This document shows, piece after piece, positions 8,885 to 19,839 of a stretch of 64,000 nucleotides of DNA. The stretch's first letter is position 1, and each line of letters opens with the position of its first letter. The translations under genes were made by a program, and so were the position numbers. A model generated the notes under the pieces. That model had not been told where the DNA came from. It saw only the letters and a program-made list of their open reading frames with translations, and did not search any database. This stretch comes from a bacterium (lineage in GTDB: Bacteria > UBP6 > UBA1177 > JAKLFG01), in NCBI GenBank assembly GCA_022711315.1, contig JAKLFG010000001.1, positions 15,886 to 79,885 on the forward strand. Reading direction: 5' to 3'.

Positions 8885-9992
8885 AACCGGCGACCCGGCG
8901 GGCCGCCTCCTGTATCTCGTCCAGCGGTCGCGCGATGTTGAAGCGGACGAATGGGCCGCCACCTTCGGAAAAATGGATGCCCGGCACGACCGCGACGCGC
9001 TCCTTTTCGTAGAGCCGCTCGGCGAAGTCGAGCCCGTCTGACCACCCGTCCGGCAGGCGCGCCCAGATGAAGTAGCCGCCCCCGATGGGCGGTATCCGGA
9101 ACCCGAGTCCCGTCAGCGCCGCATGCAGATGCCCGAACGAGTCCTTCACCCGCTCACGGAGCGACGAGAGATAGCTCTTTCCGCCGCCGTGCACCGCGAG
9201 GTAGCGCGCTATCGCCTTCTGGAGTACCGAGGGTGACGAGAGCGCGGTGTAGTCGTGTATCTGCCGCAGGGCGGGCAGATGCTCCTCGTGCGCCGCGAGG
9301 AACCCGACGCGCCAGCCCGTTATCGAGAGCGTCTTGGAGAAACTGTCGGCGTAAAAGAGGCGCGGCGAGATGCGATCGACCGGCAGGTAGGGCCGGTCGC
9401 CGAGATATAGTTCGCGGTACACCCCGTCGGCGAGCACCGAGAAGTCCAGTTCTTCGGCCAGATCGAGGAGCGTCCCCCACTCCTTTTCCGAGAAGATGCG
9501 GCCCCACGGGTTGCCCGGCGAGGCGACGCAGACCAGTCTGACGCCGTTCTCACGGACGGCGCGGCGAAATTCGCCGACATGCCCGGTGAGCGGCCCCTCG
9601 GCGGCGAACGAATAGAAGCGGTCGCCGAAGATGCGCGGGAGGTGACGGTAACTCTCGTAGGCCGGATCAAAGGCGAGCGTCGAGAAAGGACCGTTCGCGC
9701 GGCTCCGCAGGTAGAGATAGACGAGCGTGACCGCCTCGGTGGCGCCGTTGGTCACGATGCACCGATCCGCCGACAGGCCGCCACCCCCGAACAGCGACGG
9801 GATGATCGCGCGCAGTTCGGCATCGCCGCTTCCCGGGGCGTACTGATGCACCGGCCCCGCCGCGAGTTCGCGCAGTATCGCGGTCAGTTCATCGGGCGGC
9901 GGGAAGCCGGGGAGCCCCTGCGCGAGGTTGAGACCGCCCCCCGCCTTGACCTTATCCGACATGTAACTGATGAGGGAGTACCCGGGTATCAT
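8862..9992 (-). CDS. PLP-dependent aminotransferase, class I/II (YbdL/MalY-like)
   Basis: LNLAQGLPGFPPP, NPWGRIFS and SFSKTLSITGWRVGF (PLP-Lys region). I chose the ATG at 9992, which overlaps the stop of the upstream gene (ATGA), rather than the ORF-track start at 10076. Confidence 0.85.
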   Translation of the reverse strand: MIPGYSLISYMSDKVKAGGGLNLAQGLPGFPPPDELTAILRELAAGPVHQYAPGSGDAELRAIIPSLFGGGGLSADRCIVTNGATEAVTLVYLYLRSRANGPFSTLAFDPAYESYRHLPRIFGDRFYSFAAEGPLTGHVGEFRRAVRENGVRLVCVASPGNPWGRIFSEKEWGTLLDLAEELDFSVLADGVYRELYLGDRPYLPVDRISPRLFYADSFSKTLSITGWRVGFLAAHEEHLPALRQIHDYTALSSPSVLQKAIARYLAVHGGGKSYLSSLRERVKDSFGHLHAALTGLGFRIPPIGGGYFIWARLPDGWSDGLDFAERLYEKERVAVVPGIHFSEGGGPFVRFNIARPLDEIQEAARRVAGFIGAERP

Positions 9993-10666
9993 ATCTCGTC
10001 GAAGATGTCCTTTTCCTGCTTGGGCTGGAACATCGCGGGGTCGAAGTCGGTCTTCTTCTCGATGCGCTCGGGCCACAGGTAGAACGGCTCGGGCGACCCC
10101 GCGCTCGTGCCGCGCCAGGTGCCGTCGACCTTGATGATCTCTATCGCCTCGCTCTTTATCTCGACGATCTCGCCCTGTTTGAGCAGGTAATGCAGGTCAT
10201 ATTCACGACAGACCTTGCCCTCGACCGTTTCGGCGCATTCGCCCGACAGATCGAACCGCCCGCCCACCATGAGCGAGAGGACCTTGTACGGAAGAACGAT
10301 GCCGAACACGCTCGCCGATATCGCCGGCCACGGCTTCGGCTCTTCCCAGATGCCGTCATGGAACACATGGGAGGCAAGGCCCCGCATGATGATGGTAGCG
10401 CCGTGCACATGGAAGAACCCGAACACATCGATGCGCCACAGCGACGGCTCGGCGCAGAGTATCTGGTAATCGACCTTGTACCGTTTCTCGCCCGCCAGCA
10501 GGGAAAGTTCGCCTTCGGCGAGGAAGGTGTCGAGTTCGGGGTTCACCGTCACCTGTTCCGGTCGCCAGTTCTGTTCGCGGGTGAGGTCTATGCGCGAGAT
10601 GAATCGGGGACCGCACGAGGCAAGGAGCAGTGCCGCGACGAGGGTGATGCGGAAAAGCGAACTCAT
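9989..10666 (-). CDS. Lipoprotein of unknown function
   Basis: Lipobox LLLASC. It is tightly coupled between ftsH (4-nt overlap) and the aminotransferase. GC3-rich codons. Confidence 0.7.
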   Translation of the reverse strand: MSSLFRITLVAALLLASCGPRFISRIDLTREQNWRPEQVTVNPELDTFLAEGELSLLAGEKRYKVDYQILCAEPSLWRIDVFGFFHVHGATIIMRGLASHVFHDGIWEEPKPWPAISASVFGIVLPYKVLSLMVGGRFDLSGECAETVEGKVCREYDLHYLLKQGEIVEIKSEAIEIIKVDGTWRGTSAGSPEPFYLWPERIEKKTDFDPAMFQPKQEKDIFDEI

Positions 10667-12510
10667 GCGGGGCTTCCGTCGATACGGGGGGAGATCGGCT
10701 CCGCCGGAGCCTCCGCGGCCTTCGGATCGCCGAAGATGGCGTCGACATCGTCCTTCTGGATGGTCTCTTTCTCCATGAGGAGCGCGACCATCGCTTCGAC
10801 CTTTCCGCGGTGTTTGTTGAGTATCGCCGCGGCGGCGTTGTACGCTTCGGTGATGATGCGGTGTATCTCGCGGTCTATCCGCTCGGCGGTATATTCACTC
10901 ATGTGGGCGCGACGGGTGAGTTCCCGTCCGAGGAACACCTCTTCCTCGTGTTCGCCGTAATTGATCGGCCCCATCTCGGGGCTCATGCCCCAGTTCATGA
11001 CCATGCTGCGGACGAGACGGCTCGCCCGCTCGATGTCGTTGCCGGCGCCGGTCGTCACCTTGCCGAGGAACAGCTCCTCGGCGCACCGGCCGCCCATGAG
11101 CACCGACACCTTCGCGACCAGTTCCTCACGGGTATGGTCGTACCGGTCCTTCTCCGGCAGCATCTGGGTCACGCCGAGCGCACGGCCTCGGGGGATGATG
11201 GATATCTTGTATATCGGGTCGCTGCCGGGGGTGAAGTAGCCGACCACCGCGTGGCCCGTTTCATGGTAGGCGGTGACCCGCTTCTCGTCGTCGGTCAGCA
11301 CGAGCGACCGTCGTTCCTTGCCCATGAGCACCTTGTCCTTGGCCTCTTCGACCTCGGCCATGCCGACCTTCTCCTTGCCGCGCTTCGCGGCGAGCAGGGC
11401 CGCCTCGTTCAGCAGGTTCGCGAGATCGGCGCCCGAGAACCCGGGGGTGCCCCGCGCGATGCGGGCCAGATCGACCCCGTCGTCGTGGCGGATGCTGTTG
11501 ATGTGGACCTTGAGTATCTCTTCGCGCCCTCTCACATCGGGCATGGGGACATAGACCTGCCGGTCGAAGCGGCCGGGCCGCAAGAGCGCCGGGTCGAGCA
11601 CATCGGGCCGGTTGGTCGCCGCCATCACGATGACGCCGGCATCGGTGCCGAACCCGTCCATCTCGACGAGCAACTGGTTGAGCGTCTGTTCGCGCTCGTC
11701 ATGACCGCCGCCAAGCCCCGCGCCGCGCTGACGGCCGACCGCGTCTATCTCATCGACGAACACGATGCAGGGGGCGCTCGATTTCGCCTGCTGGAACAGG
11801 TCGCGCACGCGGCTCGCGCCGACGCCCACGAACATCTCGACGAAATCGCTGCCGCTGATGGAGAAGAACGGTACGCTCGCCTCGCCCGCTATCGCCTTGG
11901 CGAGCAGGGTCTTGCCGGTGCCGGGCGCGCCGACGAGCAACACCCCGCGCGGTATCTTAGCCCCCATCCGGGTGTAGGACTGCGGGCGGCGCAGGAAATC
12001 GACGATCTCCTCGAGTTCCTCCTTCGATTCATCCACCCCCGCGACATCCTTGAAGGTGATTGGGTTCTTGTCCTTGGATATGACCCGATGCTTCGATTTG
12101 CCGAAGGTGAAGGCCTTGCCGCTCCCCCCTTGCAACTGGCGCATGAAAAAGACGAAGAACGCGATGAGGATGATCATCGGGAGCCACGAGGCGAATATCG
12201 CCTGCAGGAGCGAATTGTCCTCCGGCTTCTTGTAGCGGGCGATGACCTTCTTGTCGGCGAGTATCTTCATCACCTCCTCGCCCGACGGGCCGATGGCGAT
12301 GAACTGCTTGCCGTCGACGAAACTGCCCTTGTACTCGACGCCGTCTATCTCGACCTGCTTCACCTCGCCGTTGCCGACGCGGTTGAGGAAGGTCGTCATG
12401 TCTATCTCCTCGACCGCGTTCTGCTCGGTGAGTTTCGACAGGTTGAATATCACGAACAGGATGACGAGCAGGACCGCCCAGATGATAAGACTCTTGTAGT
12501 TGAACCGCAT
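10663..12510 (-). CDS. ftsH: ATP-dependent zinc metalloprotease FtsH
   Basis: N-terminal TM helices, Walker [12 protein letters not shown] region, and zinc site HETGHAVV. Confidence 0.97.
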   Translation of the reverse strand: MRFNYKSLIIWAVLLVILFVIFNLSKLTEQNAVEEIDMTTFLNRVGNGEVKQVEIDGVEYKGSFVDGKQFIAIGPSGEEVMKILADKKVIARYKKPEDNSLLQAIFASWLPMIILIAFFVFFMRQLQGGSGKAFTFGKSKHRVISKDKNPITFKDVAGVDESKEELEEIVDFLRRPQSYTRMGAKIPRGVLLVGAPGTGKTLLAKAIAGEASVPFFSISGSDFVEMFVGVGASRVRDLFQQAKSSAPCIVFVDEIDAVGRQRGAGLGGGHDEREQTLNQLLVEMDGFGTDAGVIVMAATNRPDVLDPALLRPGRFDRQVYVPMPDVRGREEILKVHINSIRHDDGVDLARIARGTPGFSGADLANLLNEAALLAAKRGKEKVGMAEVEEAKDKVLMGKERRSLVLTDDEKRVTAYHETGHAVVGYFTPGSDPIYKISIIPRGRALGVTQMLPEKDRYDHTREELVAKVSVLMGGRCAEELFLGKVTTGAGNDIERASRLVRSMVMNWGMSPEMGPINYGEHEEEVFLGRELTRRAHMSEYTAERIDREIHRIITEAYNAAAAILNKHRGKVEAMVALLMEKETIQKDDVDAIFGDPKAAEAPAEPISPRIDGSPA

Positions 12511-12529
12511 CTACGCCTCCGGTACCGGG

Positions 12530-13801
12530 TCAGTCGCCTAACGAGGCGTCGGCGAGCATGTGCCGCAGGTGATCGAGCCCCTCCGCGATGTTGTCAAGGC
12601 TCGTCGCGTAGGAGAAGCGGATGTAGCCGGGGGCGCCGAACGCCTCGCCCGGGACCACCGCGATATGCGCCTCGTCGAGCAGGAGACCGGCGAGTTCTAT
12701 CGTGCTGTTCACCTTGTGGTCGCCGATCGTGCCGCCGAGGTACTTCTGGAAGTTCACGAACAGGTAGAAGGCGCCGTCGGGCCTGATGCATCGCAGGTGC
12801 GGTATCTTGGAGACCTCTTCGTAGATGAAACGGCGGCGACGATCGAACTTGCTGACCATCGACTCGACATCGGTCTGCGGGCCGTTCAGCGCCTCGATCG
12901 CGGCGTACTGAGTGATGGTGTTGGTATTCGAGGTGGTATGGTCGAGGAAATGCTTCGCCCGGTCCATGACATCGCGCGGCCCGGCGACATACCCGATGCG
13001 CCAGCCGGTCATCGCATAGGCCTTCGAGAAGCCGTTCACCACGACGACATTGCGGCGCAGTTTCTCGCTGACCACCGATGCGGCCGAAACATGGGCGTTG
13101 GTGTCGTAGGTGAGCCGTTCGTATATCTCGTCGCTGATGACATAGATGTCGCGCTCGGCGAGGTAGTTGACGATCTCCTCGAGGTCGTGGACGCGGTAGA
13201 CCGCGCCGGTCGGATTGTTCGGGGTGTTGATGATGACGGCGCGCGTCTTTTCGGTGATGACCGACTTGATATCGTTCAGCGTGAGCCGGAACCCGTACTC
13301 CTCCGTGGGCTGGCAGAACACCGGCACGCCGCGAGAGAGTTTCACCATGCTGACATAACTCACCCAGTAGGGCACCGGGATGATCACCTCGTCGCCCGGC
13401 GATATGATCGACTGCAGGAGCGCGTAGATGCCGTACTTGGCGCCCGGCGTCACCGCGATGTTCGCCTCCTCGTAGTGCAGGTTGTTCTCGCGCAGGAATT
13501 TCTGGCGTATCGCCGTTTTGAGATCCTTGATGCCGGAGGAATCGGTGTATTTGGTGAAGCCGAGGTCTATCGCCTTCTTCGCCGCCTCCTTGATCCGCTT
13601 CGGGGTGTCGAAATCGGGCTCGCCCGCCGAGAAACTGATGACATTGACGCCACGCTCGTTCATCGCCTTTGCCTTCGCGGCGATCTCGAGCGTCGCCGAC
13701 TTGCCTATCATGGCGGTGGCGCTGCTGAGACGGGCCTTCTTCTTTTCCGCAGGGAGAGAGGGGTCGGGAACCTTGTTCGTTTCGATCTCCTTTTTCACCA
13801 T
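12530..13801 (-). CDS. Aspartate/aromatic aminotransferase, class I
   Basis: SAGEPDFDTP, NPTGAVY and SKAYAMTGWRIGY. SD AAGGAG lies 8 nt before the ATG at 13801. Confidence 0.9.
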   Translation of the reverse strand: MVKKEIETNKVPDPSLPAEKKKARLSSATAMIGKSATLEIAAKAKAMNERGVNVISFSAGEPDFDTPKRIKEAAKKAIDLGFTKYTDSSGIKDLKTAIRQKFLRENNLHYEEANIAVTPGAKYGIYALLQSIISPGDEVIIPVPYWVSYVSMVKLSRGVPVFCQPTEEYGFRLTLNDIKSVITEKTRAVIINTPNNPTGAVYRVHDLEEIVNYLAERDIYVISDEIYERLTYDTNAHVSAASVVSEKLRRNVVVVNGFSKAYAMTGWRIGYVAGPRDVMDRAKHFLDHTTSNTNTITQYAAIEALNGPQTDVESMVSKFDRRRRFIYEEVSKIPHLRCIRPDGAFYLFVNFQKYLGGTIGDHKVNSTIELAGLLLDEAHIAVVPGEAFGAPGYIRFSYATSLDNIAEGLDHLRHMLADASLGD

Positions 13802-13829
13802 GATCGTGCGCTCCTTCTCGTTACGAATG

Positions 13830-15764
13830 TCAGAAAAGGTTACGGACCAGTTTCTCGTGCTGGCCCGCCTTGAGTTCGACCGGCACCATCTTATCGATAT
13901 TGTAGGTGCTGTTCCTCAGCCGTATCTTGTGCTCGCCGGGCGAGAGTTCGTATCTCTGGATCGGGGAGTTGCCGACCGCCTTGTCGTCGATGAAGACCTG
14001 CGTGACCGGGGTCGTCATGACGGTGAGATAGGCGCGGTCGGACTTCAACCCATCCTCGGCGTGCTGCTCTTTTTTCGAGGCGATCTGCTCCTCTTTCTTC
14101 TCGTGAATGGGTTTCACCGTAGAGGGATCCTTACCCTTCGAGTCCTTCATGATAAAACTGACCTTGCGGCTCTCGGTCACCGGAATGACCCCGAGCGACT
14201 GCTGGACCGGAAGGAAGCCCTTCTTCTCCACGCGGATGGTGACCTCGACACCGGCCGGCACATTCACCGCGAACGGCGTATCGAACCCGGAATCCTTGTC
14301 GTTGACGAATATCCGCGCGCCGCCCGGTTCGGATCGCACCTCGACCATCGTCGTCTGTTCGCCGACCTTGAACATCTTGGCGACCTTCGTCTGGGTCTCG
14401 CCCGTCTTGAGCATGAGGGTCTCCTGCTGGGTGATGTACCCGTCCTTGCGGAGTTCTATCTCATGCTGGCCCGGCAGTATCCCATCCAGTTTGCAGGGGG
14501 TCTCGCACCGTTTGTGCTGTGTGGTGTTCTTGTCGAGTTCCACCACCGTCGCGAAGACATTGGAATCGACGATGAGCGCCGCAGCGTTCTGCTGGTCCTT
14601 CACGATGTTCCAGCCCGCGACGCCGAGCACCGCGGCGCCGACCATGGCAGCGAGAAGTATCAACCAGGTCTTCGCGCCGCTCCCCGAACGACGACGGGGC
14701 GACGGATGATCGTCATCGTCATCGTCGTCGTCGGACCTGACGGTCGGGGCGACTATCTGCGGCGCCTGCTGTTTGGGCATCTTGAGCTTGGCGTATTCCG
14801 CCAGTTTCGCCGAATCCTCCTCGAGTTCGTCGGCGAAGAACTCGCTCATGAAGTTCATGACATCCTGACGGTCGAACCGGCGCTGGAGCGAGAAGATGTG
14901 CCGTTTGAGATCGTCGGCGAACTCGCTCGCCCACTGGTATCGTTCGTCGCGGTCGCGCGCAAGAGCCTTCAGGACGATGCGGTCGAGTTCCGGGGCCACA
15001 TCGTGGTTGAACACCGACGGGGGCGGGACCTCCGCCTTGCGTATCTTCTCGAGCGTCTCGACATCGTTCTTGCCCAGGAACAGCCGCTTGCCGGTCAGCA
15101 TCTCGAACAGCACGACGCCGAGCGAGAAGATATCGGACCGGCGATCGAGCGGCATCGCGGCGACCTGTTCGGGCGCCATGTAACTGAATTTGCCTTTCAG
15201 CATGCCGGCCTGCGTCTTGGTCGATTTCGACTTCGCCTTGGCGATGCCGAAGTCTATCAGTTTCACATTGCCTTCGTAGGAGATGATGATGTTCTGCGGC
15301 GATATGTCGCGGTGGACGATGTTGAGCGGGTTCATCTTTTCGTCGGTCTTGCGGTGCGCGTAGTCGAGACCGTCGCAGACCTGAGAGATGATGTAGGCCG
15401 ACTGCTCGACCGCCATGTTGATCTCGACCTTCTTGAGCCGCTTTCGTATCGTTTTGAGGTCCTTGCCGTTGACCAGTTCCATCGCGATGAAGAAACTGTC
15501 CTCTATCTTACCCAGTTCGAGGATCTGCACGATGTTCGGGTGTTGGAGTTGTACCGCTATCTTCGCCTCGTCGATGAACATGCTGATGAAGTCGCCGTCC
15601 TCGGCGACCTCGGGCAGGATCTTCTTGATGGCGACGATCTTCTCGAAACCCTCGACGCCGAACATCTTGGCCTTGTACACCTCGGCCATGCCGCCGACAT
15701 TGATGAGTTCCAACAGGTAGTATTTACCGAACAGTCGCGGGAGTTTGATGATGTTCTCAGCCAT
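13830..15764 (-). CDS. Ser/Thr protein kinase with TM helix and three C-terminal PEGA domains
   Basis: GGMAEVYKAK...VAIKK, HRDISPQN, DFGIAK, SYMAPE. A poly-Asp run (D8), a TM helix (WLILLAAMVGAAVLGVAGW), then three PEGA-like repeats. Confidence 0.92.
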   Translation of the reverse strand: MAENIIKLPRLFGKYYLLELINVGGMAEVYKAKMFGVEGFEKIVAIKKILPEVAEDGDFISMFIDEAKIAVQLQHPNIVQILELGKIEDSFFIAMELVNGKDLKTIRKRLKKVEINMAVEQSAYIISQVCDGLDYAHRKTDEKMNPLNIVHRDISPQNIIISYEGNVKLIDFGIAKAKSKSTKTQAGMLKGKFSYMAPEQVAAMPLDRRSDIFSLGVVLFEMLTGKRLFLGKNDVETLEKIRKAEVPPPSVFNHDVAPELDRIVLKALARDRDERYQWASEFADDLKRHIFSLQRRFDRQDVMNFMSEFFADELEEDSAKLAEYAKLKMPKQQAPQIVAPTVRSDDDDDDDDHPSPRRRSGSGAKTWLILLAAMVGAAVLGVAGWNIVKDQQNAAALIVDSNVFATVVELDKNTTQHKRCETPCKLDGILPGQHEIELRKDGYITQQETLMLKTGETQTKVAKMFKVGEQTTMVEVRSEPGGARIFVNDKDSGFDTPFAVNVPAGVEVTIRVEKKGFLPVQQSLGVIPVTESRKVSFIMKDSKGKDPSTVKPIHEKKEEQIASKKEQHAEDGLKSDRAYLTVMTTPVTQVFIDDKAVGNSPIQRYELSPGEHKIRLRNSTYNIDKMVPVELKAGQHEKLVRNLF

Positions 15765-15822
15765 TAAGGCGATCCCTAGTACCTTTAAATCGTGGTCATA
15801 CTAATGTCTTGGGAAAGACAAG

Positions 15823-16131
15823 TCAATTTTTTGTTGTCTGGAGGCGCGCACAGCGCTCGCGGATGTCTTCGCGCGAGAACAGGATCTTGGTGAGCGGCGC
15901 ATCGGCCCCGCACTTGATGATCGCCACCCCCTCCGCGAGCGCGATGGCGACATAGCGGTCGGCCCCCGCGCCCCAGACGGCATAGTCGGTCTCGCCACGC
16001 TCCAGCGCGTCATGGAGCGTTTCAAGGAGCGGGAGCAGGCGGGCCGCGTCGATCCCCTCGCCGGCGACCGGCAGGCCGTGACGGTCGAGCACGAGGAACG
16101 GCGGATCCTGTTTCCATCCGAAAATACTCAT
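15823..16131 (-). CDS. Hypothetical protein (possibly roadblock/LC7-like)
   Basis: ATG at 16131 sits behind SD GGGAGGAG and overlaps the stop of the upstream ORF (ATGA). Codon third positions are strongly G/C. The functional call rests only on size and secondary-structure feel. Confidence 0.5.
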   Translation of the reverse strand: MSIFGWKQDPPFLVLDRHGLPVAGEGIDAARLLPLLETLHDALERGETDYAVWGAGADRYVAIALAEGVAIIKCGADAPLTKILFSREDIRERCARLQTTKN

Positions 16132-16391
16132 GATTTCTCCTCCCATCGCAGGGCGCACCAGAACCGCAGGAGCGATCGCGCCCGTTCGTCGCCCGACTCG
16201 ATCCGGCGCGCCGCGCGCGCCACCGCCGATAGGAGGGGATCGCCCCCGTCCTTCGCGATCTTGTCGGCCGTTTCGGCGGCGTGCCGCCAGTTCCCCTGTC
16301 TCAGGGCGAGCAGGACCATCGTTTCGGTGTTCATCGTCATCCGGTCGTTGGCATACCGGCGGATTTTAGGAAAAGCCCCCGTCCTTGTCAA
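16128..16391 (-). CDS. Hypothetical small protein (start uncertain)
   Basis: It is coupled to 15823..16131. There are several in-frame start candidates and no recognisable motif. Confidence 0.4.
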   Translation of the reverse strand: MTRTGAFPKIRRYANDRMTMNTETMVLLALRQGNWRHAAETADKIAKDGGDPLLSAVARAARRIESGDERARSLLRFWCALRWEEKS

Positions 16392-16468
16392 GGAATGTTG
16401 CTTTTCGACCTGCTCTCTGTTAAATGAAAGGGAGCCTGCGCAGGGCCGGCTCTTTCATGGAGAGGCGC

Positions 16469-17998
16469 ATGACCACTGAACGCAACGCCATCATCAGCGT
16501 CCACGACAAACGGGGCGTCACCGAGTTCGCCGCGGGACTCGCGGCACAGGGCGTCACCATATTCGCCTCGGGCGGCACCTACGCCCTGCTGAAAAAAGAG
16601 GGCATCCCCGCCCGCCTCATCGAGGATCACACCAAGTTCCCCGAAATGCTCGGCGGACGCGTCAAAACACTCCACCCGCTCATCCACGGCGGCATACTCG
16701 CAAAACGGGACGACCCGGCGCATCTGGCCGAGGCGCTCGGTCACGGCATCGCGCTGTTCGACCTTGTCGTCGTCAACCTCTACCCGTTCGAGGAGACGGT
16801 CGCCCGCGGCGCGCCTCCCGCCGAGATCGTCGAGAACATAGACATCGGCGGCCCCTCGATGATCCGTTCGGCGGCGAAGAACCACGCGGCCGTGACGGTG
16901 GTCACCTCGCCCGACGATTACCCGGCGGTGCTCGAGGAACTGAAGAGGAACGGCGGCACGACGACCCCGGAGACCCGCCGTGCGCTCGCCACGAAGGCCT
17001 TCGCGCTGACCGCCCGGTACGACGGCGCGGTCGCCGCGTGGCTGTCGGGCGCCGACATCATGACGCTCCAGTTCTCGCGCAAGGAGACCCTGCGGTACGG
17101 CGAGAACCCCCACCAGCGCGGCACACTCTACCTCGACACGCCGGCCGTCGCCGGCACCGTCGCGGCCGCAAAACAACTGGGCGGCAAGGAACTGTCGTTC
17201 AACAACTATCTCGATCTCGAGGCGGCCAAGAACCTCGTGTTCGACCTCGACGAGCCGGCCTGCGCGATACTCAAGCACACCAACCCCTGCGGGGCGGCCC
17301 GCGGCGCGACCATCGCCGAGGCTTACGAACGGGCGCTCGCATGCGACCCGGTTTCGGCCTTCGGCTCCATCATCGGCTTCAACCGGCCGGTCGATGTGGC
17401 GACCGCGACCCTGCTGTCGAAACTCTTCGTCGAGGCGATCATCGCACCCTCCTTCGACGAGGCGGCGCTTGAACTCCTGCACCGCAAAAAGAACCTGCGG
17501 ATCATCGAACTGGGCGCCCCGCGCCGCGATATCCCGTACGACCACGAGTTCAAGAAGATATCGGGCGGACTGCTCGTTGAGGATGCCGACCGTCGCGTCA
17601 TCGGCCCGGACGACCTGCGTATCGTCACGCGCCGCGCACCGACCGAGGGGGAAAAGAGGATGATGCTTTTCGGTCAACGCATCGTCAAACACATAAAGTC
17701 CAACGCCGTCGCGCTCACGACCGCCGACGAACTGGTCGGCATCGGCGCGGGGCAGATGTCACGCATCGACGCGCTTGAGATCGCGGTCCGCAAGGCGCGC
17801 CGCGACATCACGGGTCTCGCGCTCGCGAGCGATGCGTTCTTCCCGTTCCGCGACTCGATAGACCTCGCCGCGTCCAAGGGGATACGGGCGATCGTCCAAC
17901 CCGGGGGATCGGTCCGCGACGAGGAAGTCATCACCGCATGCGACGAGCACGGCATCGCAATGGCCTTCACCGGTATCCGGAGTTTCAGACACCTGTAG
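16469..17998 (+). CDS. purH: Bifunctional AICAR transformylase / IMP cyclohydrolase
   Basis: NAIISVHDKRG...FASGGT...GGRVKTLHP. I chose the ATG at 16469 behind GGAGAGG rather than 16424. Confidence 0.95.
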   Translation: MTTERNAIISVHDKRGVTEFAAGLAAQGVTIFASGGTYALLKKEGIPARLIEDHTKFPEMLGGRVKTLHPLIHGGILAKRDDPAHLAEALGHGIALFDLVVVNLYPFEETVARGAPPAEIVENIDIGGPSMIRSAAKNHAAVTVVTSPDDYPAVLEELKRNGGTTTPETRRALATKAFALTARYDGAVAAWLSGADIMTLQFSRKETLRYGENPHQRGTLYLDTPAVAGTVAAAKQLGGKELSFNNYLDLEAAKNLVFDLDEPACAILKHTNPCGAARGATIAEAYERALACDPVSAFGSIIGFNRPVDVATATLLSKLFVEAIIAPSFDEAALELLHRKKNLRIIELGAPRRDIPYDHEFKKISGGLLVEDADRRVIGPDDLRIVTRRAPTEGEKRMMLFGQRIVKHIKSNAVALTTADELVGIGAGQMSRIDALEIAVRKARRDITGLALASDAFFPFRDSIDLAASKGIRAIVQPGGSVRDEEVITACDEHGIAMAFTGIRSFRHL

Positions 17999-18007
17999 GA
18001 GGCGGAC

Positions 18008-19282
18008 ATGAAGATCCTTGTCATCGGCGGCGGCGGCCGCGAACACGCGCTGTGCTGGAAGATAGCCCAGAGCCCGGCGGTCACCGAACTGCACGCATTC
18101 CCCGGGAACGCCGGCATCGCCGAGGTCGCGCGGATACCGAAACTGCTCGACGACCTGCCCGAGACCCTCTGCGATTACGCGGAACGGATGCACATCGATC
18201 TGACGGTCGTCGGCCCCGAGAAGTACCTCGCCCTCGGCATCGCCGACCGGTTCGCCGAGGCGGGGCTCCCGATATTCGGCGTCACCGCCGCCGCCGCGCG
18301 GCTCGAATCCTCCAAGGCGTTCGCGAAACAGATCATGAAAGAGGCGGGCATACCGACCGCGCGTTACGCCGCGGTACAGGACCTCGACACCGGCCTGCGG
18401 CTGATCCACTCGACCGCGCACTACCCGCTCGTCCTCAAGGCCGACGGGCTGGCCGAGGGCAAGGGGGTCGCCATCGTAGAGGACGCCGAGACCGCCGAGA
18501 GGGAACTCCGCGAACTCATGGGGGAACGATTCAAGGATGCGGGAAAGGAGGTCATCATCGAGGAGTTCCTGAGCGGCGAGGAACTGTCGCTCCTCATACT
18601 CACCGACGGCGTCTCGTGGCGCCCCTTCACCTTCGCGCAGGACCACAAACGGGCTGGCGAGAGAGACACCGGCCCCAACACCGGAGGCATGGGCTCCTAC
18701 GCGCCGGTGAGCATCGGCACCCCCTCGCTGCTGGCCCGGTGCGAAGAGCGCATCATCAAGCCGCTGCTCGCCACGCTCGCCAAGCGCGGCATCCCCTACC
18801 GCGGCATCCTCTACATCGGACTCATGATCGTGAACGGGGAACCGTTCGTGCTCGAATACAATGTCCGGTTCGGCGACCCCGAGACCGAGGCGCTCCTCTA
18901 TCTTCTCGAGGACGACCTCGTCCCCTACCTGCGCGCCGTCGCGAACGGCTCGCTCGGCTCATTGCCCGCGCTGTCGTGGCACCCCGGCGCCTCGGCGACC
19001 GTCGTGCTCGCCTCGGGCGGCTATCCCGGATCGTACCGGCGCGGTCTGCCCATAACGGGACTCGACGCCGTCGACCCCGCCGTCACGGTGTTCCACGCCG
19101 GCACCGCGCGCGATCCGAACGGCCGTCTGATAGCCATCGGGGGCCGTGTCCTCATGGTGACCGCCCGCGGCGATACGCTCGCAGAGGCGACCGCGCGCGC
19201 CACCGACAACGCCGCCCGCATCTCGTGGGAGAACTCGTTCTTCCGCCGCGACATCGGCCACCGGGACCTGCGCCGCCCATGA
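18008..19282 (+). CDS. purD: Phosphoribosylamine--glycine ligase
   Basis: MKILVIGGGGREHALCWK plus ATP-grasp motifs throughout. Confidence 0.95.
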   Translation: MKILVIGGGGREHALCWKIAQSPAVTELHAFPGNAGIAEVARIPKLLDDLPETLCDYAERMHIDLTVVGPEKYLALGIADRFAEAGLPIFGVTAAAARLESSKAFAKQIMKEAGIPTARYAAVQDLDTGLRLIHSTAHYPLVLKADGLAEGKGVAIVEDAETAERELRELMGERFKDAGKEVIIEEFLSGEELSLLILTDGVSWRPFTFAQDHKRAGERDTGPNTGGMGSYAPVSIGTPSLLARCEERIIKPLLATLAKRGIPYRGILYIGLMIVNGEPFVLEYNVRFGDPETEALLYLLEDDLVPYLRAVANGSLGSLPALSWHPGASATVVLASGGYPGSYRRGLPITGLDAVDPAVTVFHAGTARDPNGRLIAIGGRVLMVTARGDTLAEATARATDNAARISWENSFFRRDIGHRDLRRP

Positions 19283-19839
19283 TAGAGATACGCACCGCCA
19301 CCTTCCTGAAAAGCGCCGCCCATCCCGCCGACCTGCCGCCCCCGACGCTTCCCGAATACGCTTTCATCGGCCGTTCCAATGTCGGCAAGTCCAGTCTTAT
19401 GAACCTCCTGCTCGGTCGTCGGAACCTCGTCAAGACGAGCAAGACCCCCGGCAAGACGGTGACGATCAACTTCTTCGACATCAACGGGGCGTTCCGCTTC
19501 GTCGACCTCCCCGGCTACGGGTTCGCCAAACGATCGAAAAGCGAACAGGAGGCCTGGCGACGGACCATAGAGTCCTACCTCACCCGGCGCGAAAATCTGC
19601 GGCTCATCCTCCTGCTCATCGACGGACGGCACGGCCCCCAGCCGAACGACGGGCAGATGATCGAATTCCTCGATCACCACCGGCTCCCGTGGTTGCCGGT
19701 CTTCACCAAGATAGACAAACTCTCGACCACCGAGAAACAGCGCCTGCGCCGCGGCAACCCCGACGCACCGTGCGTTTCGGCGACCACCGGCGAGGGGAAG
19801 GAAGAGACATGGGCGCATATCGAACGATACTGGGGCTGA
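19279..19839 (+). CDS. engB: Ribosome biogenesis GTPase EngB/YsxC
   Basis: GRSNVGKSSLMN (G1), DLPGYG (G3), TKIDK (G4). The ATG at 19279 overlaps the purD stop (ATGA). The rest of the 633-aa ORF 17938..19839 is out-of-frame overlap of purH/purD. Confidence 0.9.
   Translation: MIEIRTATFLKSAAHPADLPPPTLPEYAFIGRSNVGKSSLMNLLLGRRNLVKTSKTPGKTVTINFFDINGAFRFVDLPGYGFAKRSKSEQEAWRRTIESYLTRRENLRLILLLIDGRHGPQPNDGQMIEFLDHHRLPWLPVFTKIDKLSTTEKQRLRRGNPDAPCVSATTGEGKEETWAHIERYWG

Noticed and set aside
17938-19278. The N-terminal 447 codons of the 633-aa ORF 17938..19839.
   Set aside because: This part reads purH and purD out of frame and gives Arg/Pro/Gly-rich nonsense. Only the last 186 codons (from ATG 19279, overlapping the purD stop) encode a recognisable protein, EngB.
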